Source: an archaeon
Lineage (GTDB): Archaea; Iainarchaeota; Iainarchaeia; Iainarchaeales; 1-14-0-10-31-34
Reading direction: 5' to 3'
DNA length: 32,000 nucleotides
Assembly: GCA_024277355.1 (NCBI GenBank)
Contig: JAJRVL010000004.1
Span: 120,001 to 152,000, forward strand
In this document: piece by piece, positions 1 to 9,203 of the stretch
Layout: each line of letters opens with the position of its first letter
Numbering within the stretch: position 1 is the first letter of the stretch
Notes under the pieces: model-generated
What the model was told of the DNA's origin: nothing
Database searches by the model: none
Seen by the model: only the letters and a program-made list of their open reading frames with translations
Translations under genes and position numbers: made by a program

Positions 1-2387
1 GGAGTTGAGTCTGTTTTCATTTGAACTTCAATTGAAGCAGCTTCATAATTTGGTTCAACAAAAGTTCCTCCAAAAATTTCTTTTCCATCCGCATAACCTT
101 TTAAATCACATTTTCCGTCTCCGGTTTTATCCTGACAAACAAAAAACTGGAAAGTAGAATTATCCCAATTTTTTAAAATTATTCTTGGCTGAGCTGAAGA
201 AGAAAAAGATTCATAAGAAAAAGTCAATCCATTTTCTTTTGCATCAAGGAAATCAACTAAAACTGAAGTTCTAGGATAATAATTTAATGTTTTTATAGTG
301 CTTGGAATTTCACCGTGTTTTGTTCCATTTTCATCAAATACAATAATTGAAAAAAACCCTTTTTTACTTTTATCATATTCCTGTAACATAACTGAAAATT
401 GTTTGTCTGCTTTTGTTTCTGCTTTATCTAAATAAACTATATGTTCAGGAACTTTAGAACCTGGATTTCTTATTATTTTTTTTCCATCAACAGAAGCAAT
501 CTGCAAGTTTTTTTGTTTTCCGTCAGAAGTTTTTGGAGTTTCTGAAGAAATTACCGGAGAATCAAATAACAATGAATCACTTTTTCCAAAAAACTTGTTT
601 ATTCCGTTTTCACTAAAATCAATTATCCCAGTGTTTTCAGTTATTGGCTGAGGAAAAACTGCTCCAAACACACCATATATTATGTCTTTTAAATAATCAT
701 AATAATTAGTTGAATTTGAATCCTTAATAATTAAATTATATTTTTTTCCTTTAATTAATTCAACAGTAAAACGATCTTTTTTTGCTATATCAGGATTAAT
801 TACAATAATATCATTGTCTTCTTTTAATGCCTTAAAATCAATTATGTTTTCAAAGTTTTCTTTTGCAAAAACCTTGTAATTATCTTCTCCTAAAATTACA
901 GTTAAAGTAAATTTATTATCTGGTTTTGAAACAATTGTTTTAGCAGTATCTTTTGGAACAGTAATTTGAGTGTTTTCTGCAGAATTACTCCAAACCCATG
1001 CTTTAGTTGCAGTTGAATCAGGAATTTTAATTGTTATTTCTTCTCCTTGAGAAAATAAAACAGGCCAAGTATTTATTCCTTCAGAATCCACTCTTAAAGT
1101 AGTAAATGGAACAAAAACTTCTTTTCCAGTTGAATCTTCTACAATTGGAGTAACTGAAACTGAATCCATTGCATTAATTACTTCTTCTGGAATTAAAACA
1201 TCAATTTTTGCTGTCTGTTTTTTTATGTTAATTTTATTTCTTAAATCAATTACAGTATCAGAAGAAACAATAATTTTATCTGAAACCCAATCCTGCAATT
1301 CAGAGGAATTTGAAATTAATTTTAATTTATAAGAATTTTTTGGAACTTTACCTGAAAGCAAAGCAAAAGAATTCTGTGAAAGATAAATTGATTTTGCATT
1401 AATTGTATCATAAAAATCAAAAGTTAATTTTCCTTCATTTAAATAATCCATTACTTCTAAACCTAAATTTATTTTTAAATTAAATTCTTTTTCTTCATAA
1501 AGTTGTTTTGTTTTAACTTGTTTTAATAAATCATAACCATCTAAAATAGAAAATTCAATTGTGTTTGCCTGGCTTGCAATAACAGATTTCAGTATTTGTC
1601 TGTTGCTGATTATTAATTCAATCGAAGTTCTTTCAGGTACAAAAGAAAATTCTAATACAGGAGTAGTTTTATCAAAAGAATCTAAACCAAAAAAATAAAC
1701 AAATAAGGGAAGTCCTTCTAATTTATATAAAACAGGAGTTTTTGGATCCAAATTTTCTGTTTCAAAAGAATATTTTCCGTTTCCTAAACTTTTAGCTAAA
1801 GGAATTTCTTTCAGTGTATCTGTTTCATTATAAGTTATTGCTAAAGAAACAGTGTTATCTGAATTAACTGAAACTAATTCGACATCAACAATTGAACAAG
1901 AAGCAGTTCTATTTGATGCAGTTAATTCAATTGATGCATTTGAAAATAATCCTGTACCACAATCATATTCTATAAAAGGAAATTCTTTACTTTCCATAAA
2001 CCAGAAATAAGAAGGTTTGCTGACAGTTCCAATTGAAATTTTTGCAGCCTCAACTGAAGTTCCTATAAAAGAAGATCTAGCATTCTTTATTCCAATCCAA
2101 TAAGGAGAATATTCATTTCCATTAATTATCCTGTAAGTTCTCCCAACAGGAACATTTTCCAGAATTGTTTTTCCTGAATCAAAATAATATTTTTCTTTTG
2201 GGTTTGACTGAAAAGAAAGAGCAGAAACAGATGAATAATAATTGTTTAATAAAGTATCAGAAATTACTCCTGCACTCCAGTTAGAGTTAGCCTGAATTGC
2301 TCCTGAATTATCATAATAAAAGTTTTCTTCAGCTGAAACAAAAGAAAACAAAAAAATTAAAACCAAAAATAAAATTATTTTTTTCAT
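1..2387 (-). CDS. Secreted protein 'B2' (>795 aa); the C-terminus lies beyond the left window edge
   Basis: The minus-strand frame is open from ATG 2387..2385 to the window edge. I translated the 5' ~100 nt and the last 60 nt and found no stops. The supplied track lists no >=60-aa ORF anywhere in 1-2387, which fits one edge-truncated ORF. The N-terminus MKKIILFLVLIFLFSFVSAEE is a signal peptide. The start abuts the upstream stop (TAAATG), with GAGGGTG just upstream. Confidence 0.8.
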   Translation of the reverse strand, partial: MKKIILFLVLIFLFSFVSAEENFYYDNSGAIQANSNWSAGVISDTLLNNYYSSVSALSFQSNPKEKYYFDSGKTILENVPVGRTYRIINGNEYSPYWIGIKNARSSFIGTSVEAAKISIGTVSKPSYFWFMESKEFPFIEYDCGTGLFSNASIELTASNRTASCSIVDVELVSVNSDNTVSLAITYNETDTLKEIPLAKSLGNGKYSFETENLDPKTPVLYKLEGLPLFVYFFGLDSFDKTTPVLEFSFVPERTSIELIISNRQILKSVIASQANTIEFSILDGYDLLKQVKTKQLYEEKEFNLKINLGLEVMDYLNEGKLTFDFYDTINAKSIYLSQNSFALLSGKVPKNSYKLKLISNSSELQDWVSDKIIVSSDTVIDLRNKINIKKQTAKIDVLIPEEVINAMDSVSVTPIVEDSTGKEVFVPFTTLRVDSEGINTWPVLFSQGEEITIKIPDSTATKAWVWSNSAENTQITVPKDTAKTIVSKPDNKFTLTVILGEDNYKVFAKENFENIIDFKALKEDNDIIVINPDIAKKDRFTVELIKGKKYNLIIKDSNSTNYYDYLKDIIYGVFGAVFPQPITENTGIIDFSENGINKFFGKSDSLLFDSPVISSETPKTSDGKQKNLQIASVDGKKIIRNPGSKVPEHIVYLDKAETKADKQFSVMLQEYDKSKKGFFSIIVFDENGTKHGEIPSTIKTLNYYPRTSVLVDFLDAKENGLTFSYESFSSSAQPRIILKNWDNSTFQFFVCQDKTGDGKCDLKGYADGKEIFGGTFVEPNYEAASIEVQMKTDST

Positions 2388-2996
2388 TTAACACACCCTC
2401 TCTAATTCAGCTAAAACTGTTTCATTTTCTAATTTTGTTTCAGAAAAATCAGTTGTATCTGCAATAAAAGAATTTAAATTTGCTTTTTCTTCAAAGCCTA
2501 AATGAACTTCATTAAAAGCAAAAATTAATTCATTTGTTTTCATTAGTTTTTCATTTAATTTAATTGTGTTTTCTCCAATTAACTTTAATTCAGTTTTATT
2601 TGAACACAAATTACTTCCGGTTATTGTTTTTGAATTTAATTTATCTGAAATAATTTTTGTTTTTAAAGCTAAATTTAATTCATCAACTAACAATAAATGA
2701 ACTTCAACAAAATCAGTTAATGCTTCAGTGTCTTTTGTTTGCGTCATTTTAGAAAGAGAATTCTGAAATGAACTTAAATCATCATTTAATGCTTCCAAAT
2801 TAGATTCAGAGAATTCTATTTCAGTTGAATTATTTAATAAAAATGCAGAATTAACTTTATTTTTTGTCCATAAACCATTAATTTCTTTTATTCCGTCAGA
2901 AAAAGTCATTGATTGTGTTTGCTGATTAAAAAACAAAATATAGACAGCAGTTAAAACAATTATTACTCCTATTCCTGCAATAATTTTTGAATTCAT
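2388..2996 (-). CDS. Membrane-anchored helical protein 'A2' (202 aa), paralog of 4009..4614
   Basis: Track ORF. It has a single N-terminal TM helix (IIAGIGVIIVLTAVYILFF) and is otherwise charged and helical. It shares AVY..FFN, F..G..EIN.LW.K, an internal LCS and a C-terminal VC with 4009..4614. Its ATG overlaps the upstream stop (TAATG). Confidence 0.8.
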   Translation of the reverse strand: MNSKIIAGIGVIIVLTAVYILFFNQQTQSMTFSDGIKEINGLWTKNKVNSAFLLNNSTEIEFSESNLEALNDDLSSFQNSLSKMTQTKDTEALTDFVEVHLLLVDELNLALKTKIISDKLNSKTITGSNLCSNKTELKLIGENTIKLNEKLMKTNELIFAFNEVHLGFEEKANLNSFIADTTDFSETKLENETVLAELERVC

Positions 2997-4009
2997 TAAT
3001 TCACTCCCATAATCTTATTATATTGAATTAAAATTGAATTATTAATTTGTTTTTGCAATTCAGTTAAATTTGTTGGCACTGGTTGATCCTTTTTGTCATC
3101 AGGTTTGTCTTCTATTTTGTCAGCTGGTTTAACTTCTGCTTTTCCACCAACCAAAGCAGGATCTTTTGGAGTTAAGGCAACAGTAAAATAATATCTTAAT
3201 TTTTTATAATATTCTTTTGGATTACCTTCTTTTGCAGAAATTCTTATGTCTGCAATTCCATCACAATCAAAAAACTTACTACTAGGCATATAAATATCTG
3301 TTATACTGCTGCATAAGTCTTTCCCTGTTTCTGCATTAGTTAACCTAAATACTGCTTTTTCTTCTTTATAATTAACTGAATCAAGATTAAATTTAACTAC
3401 TGTATTAGAAATTAAATCTGAATTAATTTTTTCTTTTTCATATTCAAAATAAAATTCATGAAAAATGTTTCTTGAATCATTTGATTTAATAAATGAACTA
3501 AATCTTTTAGCAAGATATTTTTTTACTAAATTATCTGTGAATTTAGTCGTTATTTCTATTTTAACATCATTAAAAGGCGGCTTTGCATTTGAAACGTTTA
3601 TTGATAAAGTAATTAAAGGGTCAGTTAAACCCAAACCAAAAATTTTATCTTTAAAAGCACATTCTTGTTCATAAGGAAAAGAATCAGAATCACTTAAATT
3701 AAGTGTTTTTCCAAAATAATTACTGCATTTTAATTGAACTTCTTTTTTTAAATTAGAATCAAAAAAAGAATCCTCTAAAGCAATATAAACATTAACTGGA
3801 ATACTGAAATTAGTTGACGCAGCATAATACCCTTCGCCAATTTCAACTTTGATTTTTCCTTTATAATCTTCTAAAGGAATTTCACAAAAAGAATTAAAAG
3901 GAATATTTCCTGCAAAAACATTTTCTGATTGTTTAATACAATTAACTTCTTCAGCTGAAACAAAAGACAAAATCAAAACAAAAATTAAAGCAAATAAAAG
4001 TTTTTTCAT
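2996..4009 (-). CDS. Secreted protein 'B1' (337 aa from ATG 4009; the track ORF extends to a TTG at 4015)
   Basis: Signal peptide MKKLLFALIFVLILSFVSAEE. 21 nt of signal-peptide coding sequence (tcttttgtttcagctgaagaa) are identical to B2. It is Cys-containing, beta-rich by composition and has no C-terminal anchor. A GGGGG run lies 6-7 nt upstream of the ATG, and the ATG overlaps the upstream stop (TAATG). Confidence 0.8.
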   Translation of the reverse strand: MKKLLFALIFVLILSFVSAEEVNCIKQSENVFAGNIPFNSFCEIPLEDYKGKIKVEIGEGYYAASTNFSIPVNVYIALEDSFFDSNLKKEVQLKCSNYFGKTLNLSDSDSFPYEQECAFKDKIFGLGLTDPLITLSINVSNAKPPFNDVKIEITTKFTDNLVKKYLAKRFSSFIKSNDSRNIFHEFYFEYEKEKINSDLISNTVVKFNLDSVNYKEEKAVFRLTNAETGKDLCSSITDIYMPSSKFFDCDGIADIRISAKEGNPKEYYKKLRYYFTVALTPKDPALVGGKAEVKPADKIEDKPDDKKDQPVPTNLTELQKQINNSILIQYNKIMGVN

Positions 4010-4614
4010 TAACAAACCCCCTTTAAGGTTAAAACCATTGATTCTAAATCTGAAAGTTTTTGTTCAGAAGAAACTTCTAATGAAAGAACGCTTAAACCTG
4101 ATTTTTCTGCTTCGTCAGGGTAAGCTTCAGAAAAAGCTAAAACTTTTTCATTAAATGATTCAGCTGAATTTTTCTGCAATACAAGGTTTTCCTGTAAATC
4201 CTGTACTTTATTTGAATAAGAACATAAAACATCAAAATTATAGTTATTTGATTCAAAAAAATCAATTGAAACAAAATTTTCTTTCTGCAGTAAAGCATTG
4301 TTAATTAAATGAATTTGAGTTTCTAATAACAAATCTAATTTTTCTTTGTCTTCTGAATTTTCTTTTTCTTTTAAGGATTCCTTAAAATCAGTTAAATCTG
4401 ATTTTAATTCAATTAATTTTGTTTTTTCTGCTGCATAAACTTTTAATGGAGAAATTAAATATTCAGTTTTTAATCCTTGTTTTTCCCATAAAGAATTAAT
4501 TTCAGTTAAACCTGAATTAAAAGAAAAAGTTTCCTGGGTTTCATTAAAAAAAACAAAATAAACTGCAATAACTGCAATTAATGTAATTCCAATTAAAAAA
4601 TAATTTTTATTCAA
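4009..4614 (-). CDS. Membrane-anchored helical protein 'A1' (201 aa), apparent TTG start
   Basis: Track ORF. The first codon is TTG (rc of caa at 4612-4614), preceded by AGGGAT, and no in-frame ATG lies nearby. It has an N-terminal TM helix (FLIGITLIAVIAVYFVFF) and is a paralog of 2388..2996. Confidence 0.75.
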   Translation of the reverse strand: MNKNYFLIGITLIAVIAVYFVFFNETQETFSFNSGLTEINSLWEKQGLKTEYLISPLKVYAAEKTKLIELKSDLTDFKESLKEKENSEDKEKLDLLLETQIHLINNALLQKENFVSIDFFESNNYNFDVLCSYSNKVQDLQENLVLQKNSAESFNEKVLAFSEAYPDEAEKSGLSVLSLEVSSEQKLSDLESMVLTLKGVC

Positions 4615-4702
4615 TTAAATCCCTGAATATAATGCGTAATACAACAATATAAAGTTTTTCTATTTAAAGGTTTGTACAAAAAAATATTATGGGGATAAAA
4701 AA

Positions 4703-5209
4703 ATGCATGTAAGAGAAGCAATACAAAACAGAAGAAGTATAAGAAAATATAAAGACAAAGAAATTGAAACAGAAAAAATTGAATTATTAAAAGAAGCAGT
4801 TTTATGGGCTCCTTCTGCAGGAAATGTTCAGGCAAGAAAATTTTATTTTATTACAAAAAAAGAAATAAAAGAAAAATTAAAAGAATGTTTCAGAAAAGAT
4901 TTTATTACACAAGTTCCCTTGCTGATTATTGCATGTGGCAAAAAGAATTCAATTAATGAAAAGTTCGGCGAAAATTCTCATTTAAAATATAATCCAATTG
5001 ATGTTTCTGCAAGCATTGAAAATTTAATGCTGCAGGCAGTTGAATTAGAATTAGGTTCATGCTGGATTGGAAACATTAATGCAGAACAAACAAGAGAAAT
5101 CTTAAAAATTCCAGAAAACGAAAATATTATTGGAGGAATAACAATAGGTTACCCTGCAGAAAAAGGCGAAAAAAAAATAAGGGAAAAAATAATTGAGGAA
5201 ATGAAATAA
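4703..5209 (+). CDS. Nitroreductase-family FMN-dependent oxidoreductase (168 aa)
   Basis: The N-terminal R(R)S.R.Y motif (AIQNRRSIRKY), the APSAGN.Q motif and the C-terminal SCWIG/GYP pattern are typical of the nitroreductase fold. GGGGAT lies upstream of the ATG. Confidence 0.85.
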   Translation: MHVREAIQNRRSIRKYKDKEIETEKIELLKEAVLWAPSAGNVQARKFYFITKKEIKEKLKECFRKDFITQVPLLIIACGKKNSINEKFGENSHLKYNPIDVSASIENLMLQAVELELGSCWIGNINAEQTREILKIPENENIIGGITIGYPAEKGEKKIREKIIEEMK

Positions 5210-5695
5210 ATGGCAAAAAAAGATTTAAAATCCTTAAAGCCAAAAGGATTTATTGACGAAATAAGAGAAATTAAAAGAGAGCTAAGAGTTTACAACAGAG
5301 AAAAAGCAGATTATTATAAAACATTAAATAAAAACCCAAAACATTTTGAATTAAACCGGTATTCAAGCAGTGCAAATATTGCATTAAACAGAGCAAAAAA
5401 AACAGCTGAAACTGCATTAAGAAGAATGACTCAGTCAAGACACAAAATAGAATCAGAACAAAAAAATAAAGTTGAAGAATTATTAAAAGAAATTAACACA
5501 AACATTAAAGAAAGAAATAAAAGAAGAACAAGAGAAGTTTTTGAAAAAGAAGGATTAGAAAAAGTAAGACAAATTAAAAGAAAAAATGCAGAAGGAAAAT
5601 TCAGGAAAGTCTGGAAAACTAAAAGCGCTTATGGTTTAGGATTGCATTTAATTGGAAGAATGAAATCAGCTTCCATAAGAAAAAGAAGACCTTAA
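5210..5695 (+). CDS. Highly basic Lys/Arg-rich protein (161 aa), function unknown
   Basis: Track ORF. Its ATG directly follows the nitroreductase TAA. It is a paralog of 5733..6185 (shared KNP...L..[HY].S..N[IV]AL..A.K.AE core and a C-terminal HGL/YGLGLH patch). Confidence 0.7.
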   Translation: MAKKDLKSLKPKGFIDEIREIKRELRVYNREKADYYKTLNKNPKHFELNRYSSSANIALNRAKKTAETALRRMTQSRHKIESEQKNKVEELLKEINTNIKERNKRRTREVFEKEGLEKVRQIKRKNAEGKFRKVWKTKSAYGLGLHLIGRMKSASIRKRRP

Positions 5696-5732
5696 ATTAA
5701 ACAAAAATATTGACTAAGGAAAAATAATTTTT

Positions 5733-6185
5733 ATGACTTGGAAGCAGGATAAAAAAAAACTTGAAAAATTCATGCAGGTTTATGATTACAGAAGAATAAA
5801 GTTAGCTGACGAAAAACAAGAAAAAAATCCTGATAAAATAAAATTAAAACAGCATAATTCTGTTTCAAATGTTGCTTTAAGGCAGGCAGTAAAATTTGCA
5901 GAAGAAATGAAACAAAAATTAAAAAATCCTGTTTATTTTGAAAATAACCAAAAAATTAAAACTGAATTGCTTAGATTTTTTGCTAAAATAAAAGGACTTG
6001 AATTAATTCATGCACAAAAAACAGGAAGAAGTAAAATAAAATCAATAAGACAAAAACAAAAAATTGGATTAAAAAGATTTAAAGAAATAAGAAAAATAAA
6101 AAAAACACACGGATTGTTTCCTCATTCGCTTAAAGATAAAAAACCGCAAAGAAGAACCAGAATAATAATAAAATTTCCAAAATAA
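5733..6185 (+). CDS. Highly basic Lys/Arg-rich protein (150 aa), paralog of 5210..5695
   Basis: Track ORF, with the same conserved core as 5210..5695. Confidence 0.7.
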   Translation: MTWKQDKKKLEKFMQVYDYRRIKLADEKQEKNPDKIKLKQHNSVSNVALRQAVKFAEEMKQKLKNPVYFENNQKIKTELLRFFAKIKGLELIHAQKTGRSKIKSIRQKQKIGLKRFKEIRKIKKTHGLFPHSLKDKKPQRRTRIIIKFPK

Positions 6186-6193
6186 AAAAACCA

Positions 6194-6206
6194 TTTGCTT
6201 TGCAAA
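6194..6206. terminator. Small palindrome TTTGC-TTT-GCAAA between convergent genes
   Basis: A perfect 5-bp stem flanked by A/T runs on both strands, lying between the 5733..6185 stop and the ileS 3' region. Confidence 0.3.
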
Positions 6207-6226
6207 CAAAAAAATTAATTAAAAGA

Positions 6227-6270
6227 GAAAAAAAAATTAATTAAAACTCAAAAGAAAACTCTCTTTCAAT
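6227..6270 (-). repeat. Ghost copy of the ileS 3' terminus (last 10 codons, stop and 14 nt of flank)
   Basis: 43/44 identical to 6333..6376, an offset of 106 bp. The only difference is 6247 C versus 6353 T, which is GAG versus GAA (both Glu) in the ileS frame. Confidence 0.9.
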
Positions 6271-6332
6271 CAACTGTTTCGGCAGTTGAGTGCGATATGC
6301 TATCTGCGATAGCAGTGCAATAAACTTTTAAA
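6271..6332. other. 62-bp GC-rich insert with two hairpins between the 44-bp direct repeats
   Basis: The hairpins are CAACTG-TTTCGG-CAGTTG (6271-6288) and GCTATC-TGC-GATAGC (6299-6313). Both modules recur elsewhere in the window: 10637-10654 in inverted orientation and 9261-9284 in inverted orientation. Confidence 0.7.
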
Positions 6333-6346
6333 GAAAAAAAAATTAA

Positions 6347-9181
6347 TTAAAATTCAAAAGAAAACTCTCTTTCAATTAATTTCTTTTTTTCATTTGAATT
6401 AAAATCTTTTATTTTAGTGTTAGTTGAATCTTCAATTTCTTTTTTGTATTTTTCAAGAAAACTTTTATCTGAACAATTTAATTTAATTTCAATTACTTCA
6501 TTTGGATTAAATTTCTTGTTTTTTCTTTCAGACTGAATTAATCTTGTTAATTCAGCTAACTCCCATTTTTCTTTTAAATCTGAATCAGCTTCAAGATTTA
6601 AATGAATTTTAATTTCCTTTAATTCAGCTGAAATAAATTTTCCTTTTTGCTTTGAATTTACAACACTAACTTTTTCTACATTAGCCATAGAAGAAATTAT
6701 TTCTTTTGTGTTTTCAAATGACTGATTTGATTCAATTACTAATTCTTTTAGTTTCCATCTTAACCTTAATTTTTCTTTTTCTCTTAAAGACAACGCTGAC
6801 TGAACAATTTCTTTTACAAACGAAAATTCTTTTTCTAATTCTTTATTAATCATTTTTTCATTTGAGTCAGGAAAATCCAATAAATGAACTGATTCAGGCA
6901 TTTCTTTTGTTTTGAAATTTAAATAAACATATTCAGTTAAATGAGGCAAAACAGGAGACATTATTTTTAACAAATTAATTAAAACATAATTCATTGTATC
7001 TGAAGCAGTTTTGTCTTTTCTGTTTCTGATTAACTTAATATAAGTTCGACTGAATTCTTCTGTAATAAACCAATTCAAAGAAGAAATAATTTTTGGATAC
7101 AAATAATTTTCATAAAAATAGTCTGTTTCTTTAATTAAAGAATTTAATTTAGATAAAATCCATTTATCTTCTGCTTTTAAATTTTTTAATTCTTTTTCTT
7201 TAATTAAAGGATTTTTTTCTAAATACAAATTTAAGTAATTAAATGAATTGAAGAATACACTGAAAAACTTATTTATATCTTTAAATGCATTCCAGTTAAA
7301 GACAATGTCTTCGCCTTTAGATAAAGAACAAAAATAATACCTTAAAAAATCCCTGTTATATTTTTCTATTACTTCTTTTGGCTGAACAGCATTTCCTTTT
7401 GATTTAGACATCTTTTTTTTACTTAAATCCAATACCATTCCATGAACCATAATTGACTTGAAAGGAAGCTTGTCAAAACAAATAGTTGAAGTAATTAACT
7501 GCGAATTCCACCATCCACGAACTTGTTCTGTTGCTTCAATATTTAAATCTGCAGGCCAAAATTTTTCAAATAAATCTTTTTTTTGAGGAAACCTTAATGC
7601 AGCCCAAGATGAAACCCCTGCATCAAACCATACATCTAATACTTCAGGAACCCTTGTAAATTGTCCTCCGCATTTACAGTCAAATTTAACTTCATCTATT
7701 TCAGGTTTATGCAAGTCAAGTTTATCTGAAACTTTAGCTGATTTTTTTAATTCATCCAAAGAACCAAAAACTTTTCTTTCACTGCATTTACTGCAATTCC
7801 AGATTGGCAAAGGAGTACCCCAATATCTTGCTCTTGAAATAGGCCAGTCAGATAAAGATTCAATCCAGTTTTTCATTCTGTCATTCATCCATGAAGGAAC
7901 CCAGTTATTTTCTGAATTTAATTTTAACATTCTTTCTCTGATTGAAGAAACTTTAAAAAACCACTGAGGAACTGAAAGCATTAACAAAGGAGTTTTGCAT
8001 CTCCAGCAAACAGGATAATCATGAGTAAAAGAATGCTTGAAAACTAATGAATTTAATTCTTCTAAATCTGAAACAATTTCTTTATCTACAATTCTTGCTT
8101 TTTTTCCTTTATATTTTCCTGCTTCTTCAGTCATTTCTCCGTTTAATGCAACAGGAGAAAGTGATGGAAGTCCATTTTCTTTTCCTACTTCAAAGTCTTC
8201 TCTTCCATGTCCTGGAGCACAATGAACTAAACCAGTTCCTTCATCTAAATTAACATACCTTGAACTTAAAACAATTCTATAACCTTTACTCATGTCTTTT
8301 AACTTTAAATTTTTAAATAAAGGATTTTCATATTTCCAGTCTTTTAGTTCTTTTCCTTTCCAGACTTTTTTTTCTGTAAAACCTGATTCAATTAAATCCA
8401 TTAATTTTTGCACTAATTCTTTTGCAATAATCCAGTGTTCACCTGAACTTAATTCTATTTCAGAATACTCATAATCAGGATGAACCATTACTCCAGTGTT
8501 AGCAGGCAAAGTCCAAGGAGTAGTAGTCCAGATAACCAAAAAAGTATTTTTTTTGTCTTTTAACGGAAATTTAACATAAACTGAATTATCTGTCTGCTTA
8601 ATGTATTCAATTTCATTAAATGAAACTGCGGTTTCACATCTAGGACAAACATGAACTGAATATTTATCTAAATAAAGTAATTTTTTTTCGTCTGCTTTTT
8701 TAAAAGTCCACCAAATGCTTTCAATATATTCATTTGTTAAAGTAATATAAGGATCATTCCAATCCATCCATACTCCAAGATTTTCAAATTCAGAATTCTG
8801 CTGATCAATGAATTCTGTTGCATATTTTCTGCATCTTTCAATGAATTTTTTTATTCCATATTTTTGTATGTCTTGTTTTGATTTTGTTCCTATTTCTTTT
8901 TCTACTTGTAATTCAATTGGAGTCCCATGAGTGTCATATCCAGGCCGATCAAAAACATTAAATCCTTTAATTCTTTTGTATCTTATTGACACGTCTTTTA
9001 AAATTTTATTTAATGCTGTTCCCATATGAATATGACCGGTTGCATAAGGAGGACCGTCCATAAAATAAAAGTATTTTTTTTGTTTTGCACTTTGCTGTCT
9101 GGCTTTTTCAGGAATTTTGTTTTTAGTCCAATAACTTCTGATCTCTTCTTCTTGTTTCAGGGAAAAATTTTCTAAAGTCAT
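6347..9181 (-). CDS. ileS: Isoleucyl-tRNA synthetase (944 aa)
   Basis: Class I aaRS HIGH region (PPYATGHIHMGTALNK), a KMSKS motif (KKMSKSKGN), a large CP1 editing insertion and CxxC pairs. The length and architecture are those of archaeal/eukaryal-type IleRS. Confidence 0.97.
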   Translation of the reverse strand: MTLENFSLKQEEEIRSYWTKNKIPEKARQQSAKQKKYFYFMDGPPYATGHIHMGTALNKILKDVSIRYKRIKGFNVFDRPGYDTHGTPIELQVEKEIGTKSKQDIQKYGIKKFIERCRKYATEFIDQQNSEFENLGVWMDWNDPYITLTNEYIESIWWTFKKADEKKLLYLDKYSVHVCPRCETAVSFNEIEYIKQTDNSVYVKFPLKDKKNTFLVIWTTTPWTLPANTGVMVHPDYEYSEIELSSGEHWIIAKELVQKLMDLIESGFTEKKVWKGKELKDWKYENPLFKNLKLKDMSKGYRIVLSSRYVNLDEGTGLVHCAPGHGREDFEVGKENGLPSLSPVALNGEMTEEAGKYKGKKARIVDKEIVSDLEELNSLVFKHSFTHDYPVCWRCKTPLLMLSVPQWFFKVSSIRERMLKLNSENNWVPSWMNDRMKNWIESLSDWPISRARYWGTPLPIWNCSKCSERKVFGSLDELKKSAKVSDKLDLHKPEIDEVKFDCKCGGQFTRVPEVLDVWFDAGVSSWAALRFPQKKDLFEKFWPADLNIEATEQVRGWWNSQLITSTICFDKLPFKSIMVHGMVLDLSKKKMSKSKGNAVQPKEVIEKYNRDFLRYYFCSLSKGEDIVFNWNAFKDINKFFSVFFNSFNYLNLYLEKNPLIKEKELKNLKAEDKWILSKLNSLIKETDYFYENYLYPKIISSLNWFITEEFSRTYIKLIRNRKDKTASDTMNYVLINLLKIMSPVLPHLTEYVYLNFKTKEMPESVHLLDFPDSNEKMINKELEKEFSFVKEIVQSALSLREKEKLRLRWKLKELVIESNQSFENTKEIISSMANVEKVSVVNSKQKGKFISAELKEIKIHLNLEADSDLKEKWELAELTRLIQSERKNKKFNPNEVIEIKLNCSDKSFLEKYKKEIEDSTNTKIKDFNSNEKKKLIEREFSFEF

Positions 9182-9203
9182 AAAATCACAAATTGTTCTT
9201 GTT

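Noticed and set aside
4611-4835. A 74-aa minus-strand ORF
   Set aside because: It is antisense to the nitroreductase 5' end and reads through the divergent promoter region. Its translation is F/L-rich and low in complexity.
8037-8474. Three 60-68-aa plus-strand ORFs
   Set aside because: All are antisense to ileS, have low-complexity F/L/S-rich translations and are shadow ORFs.
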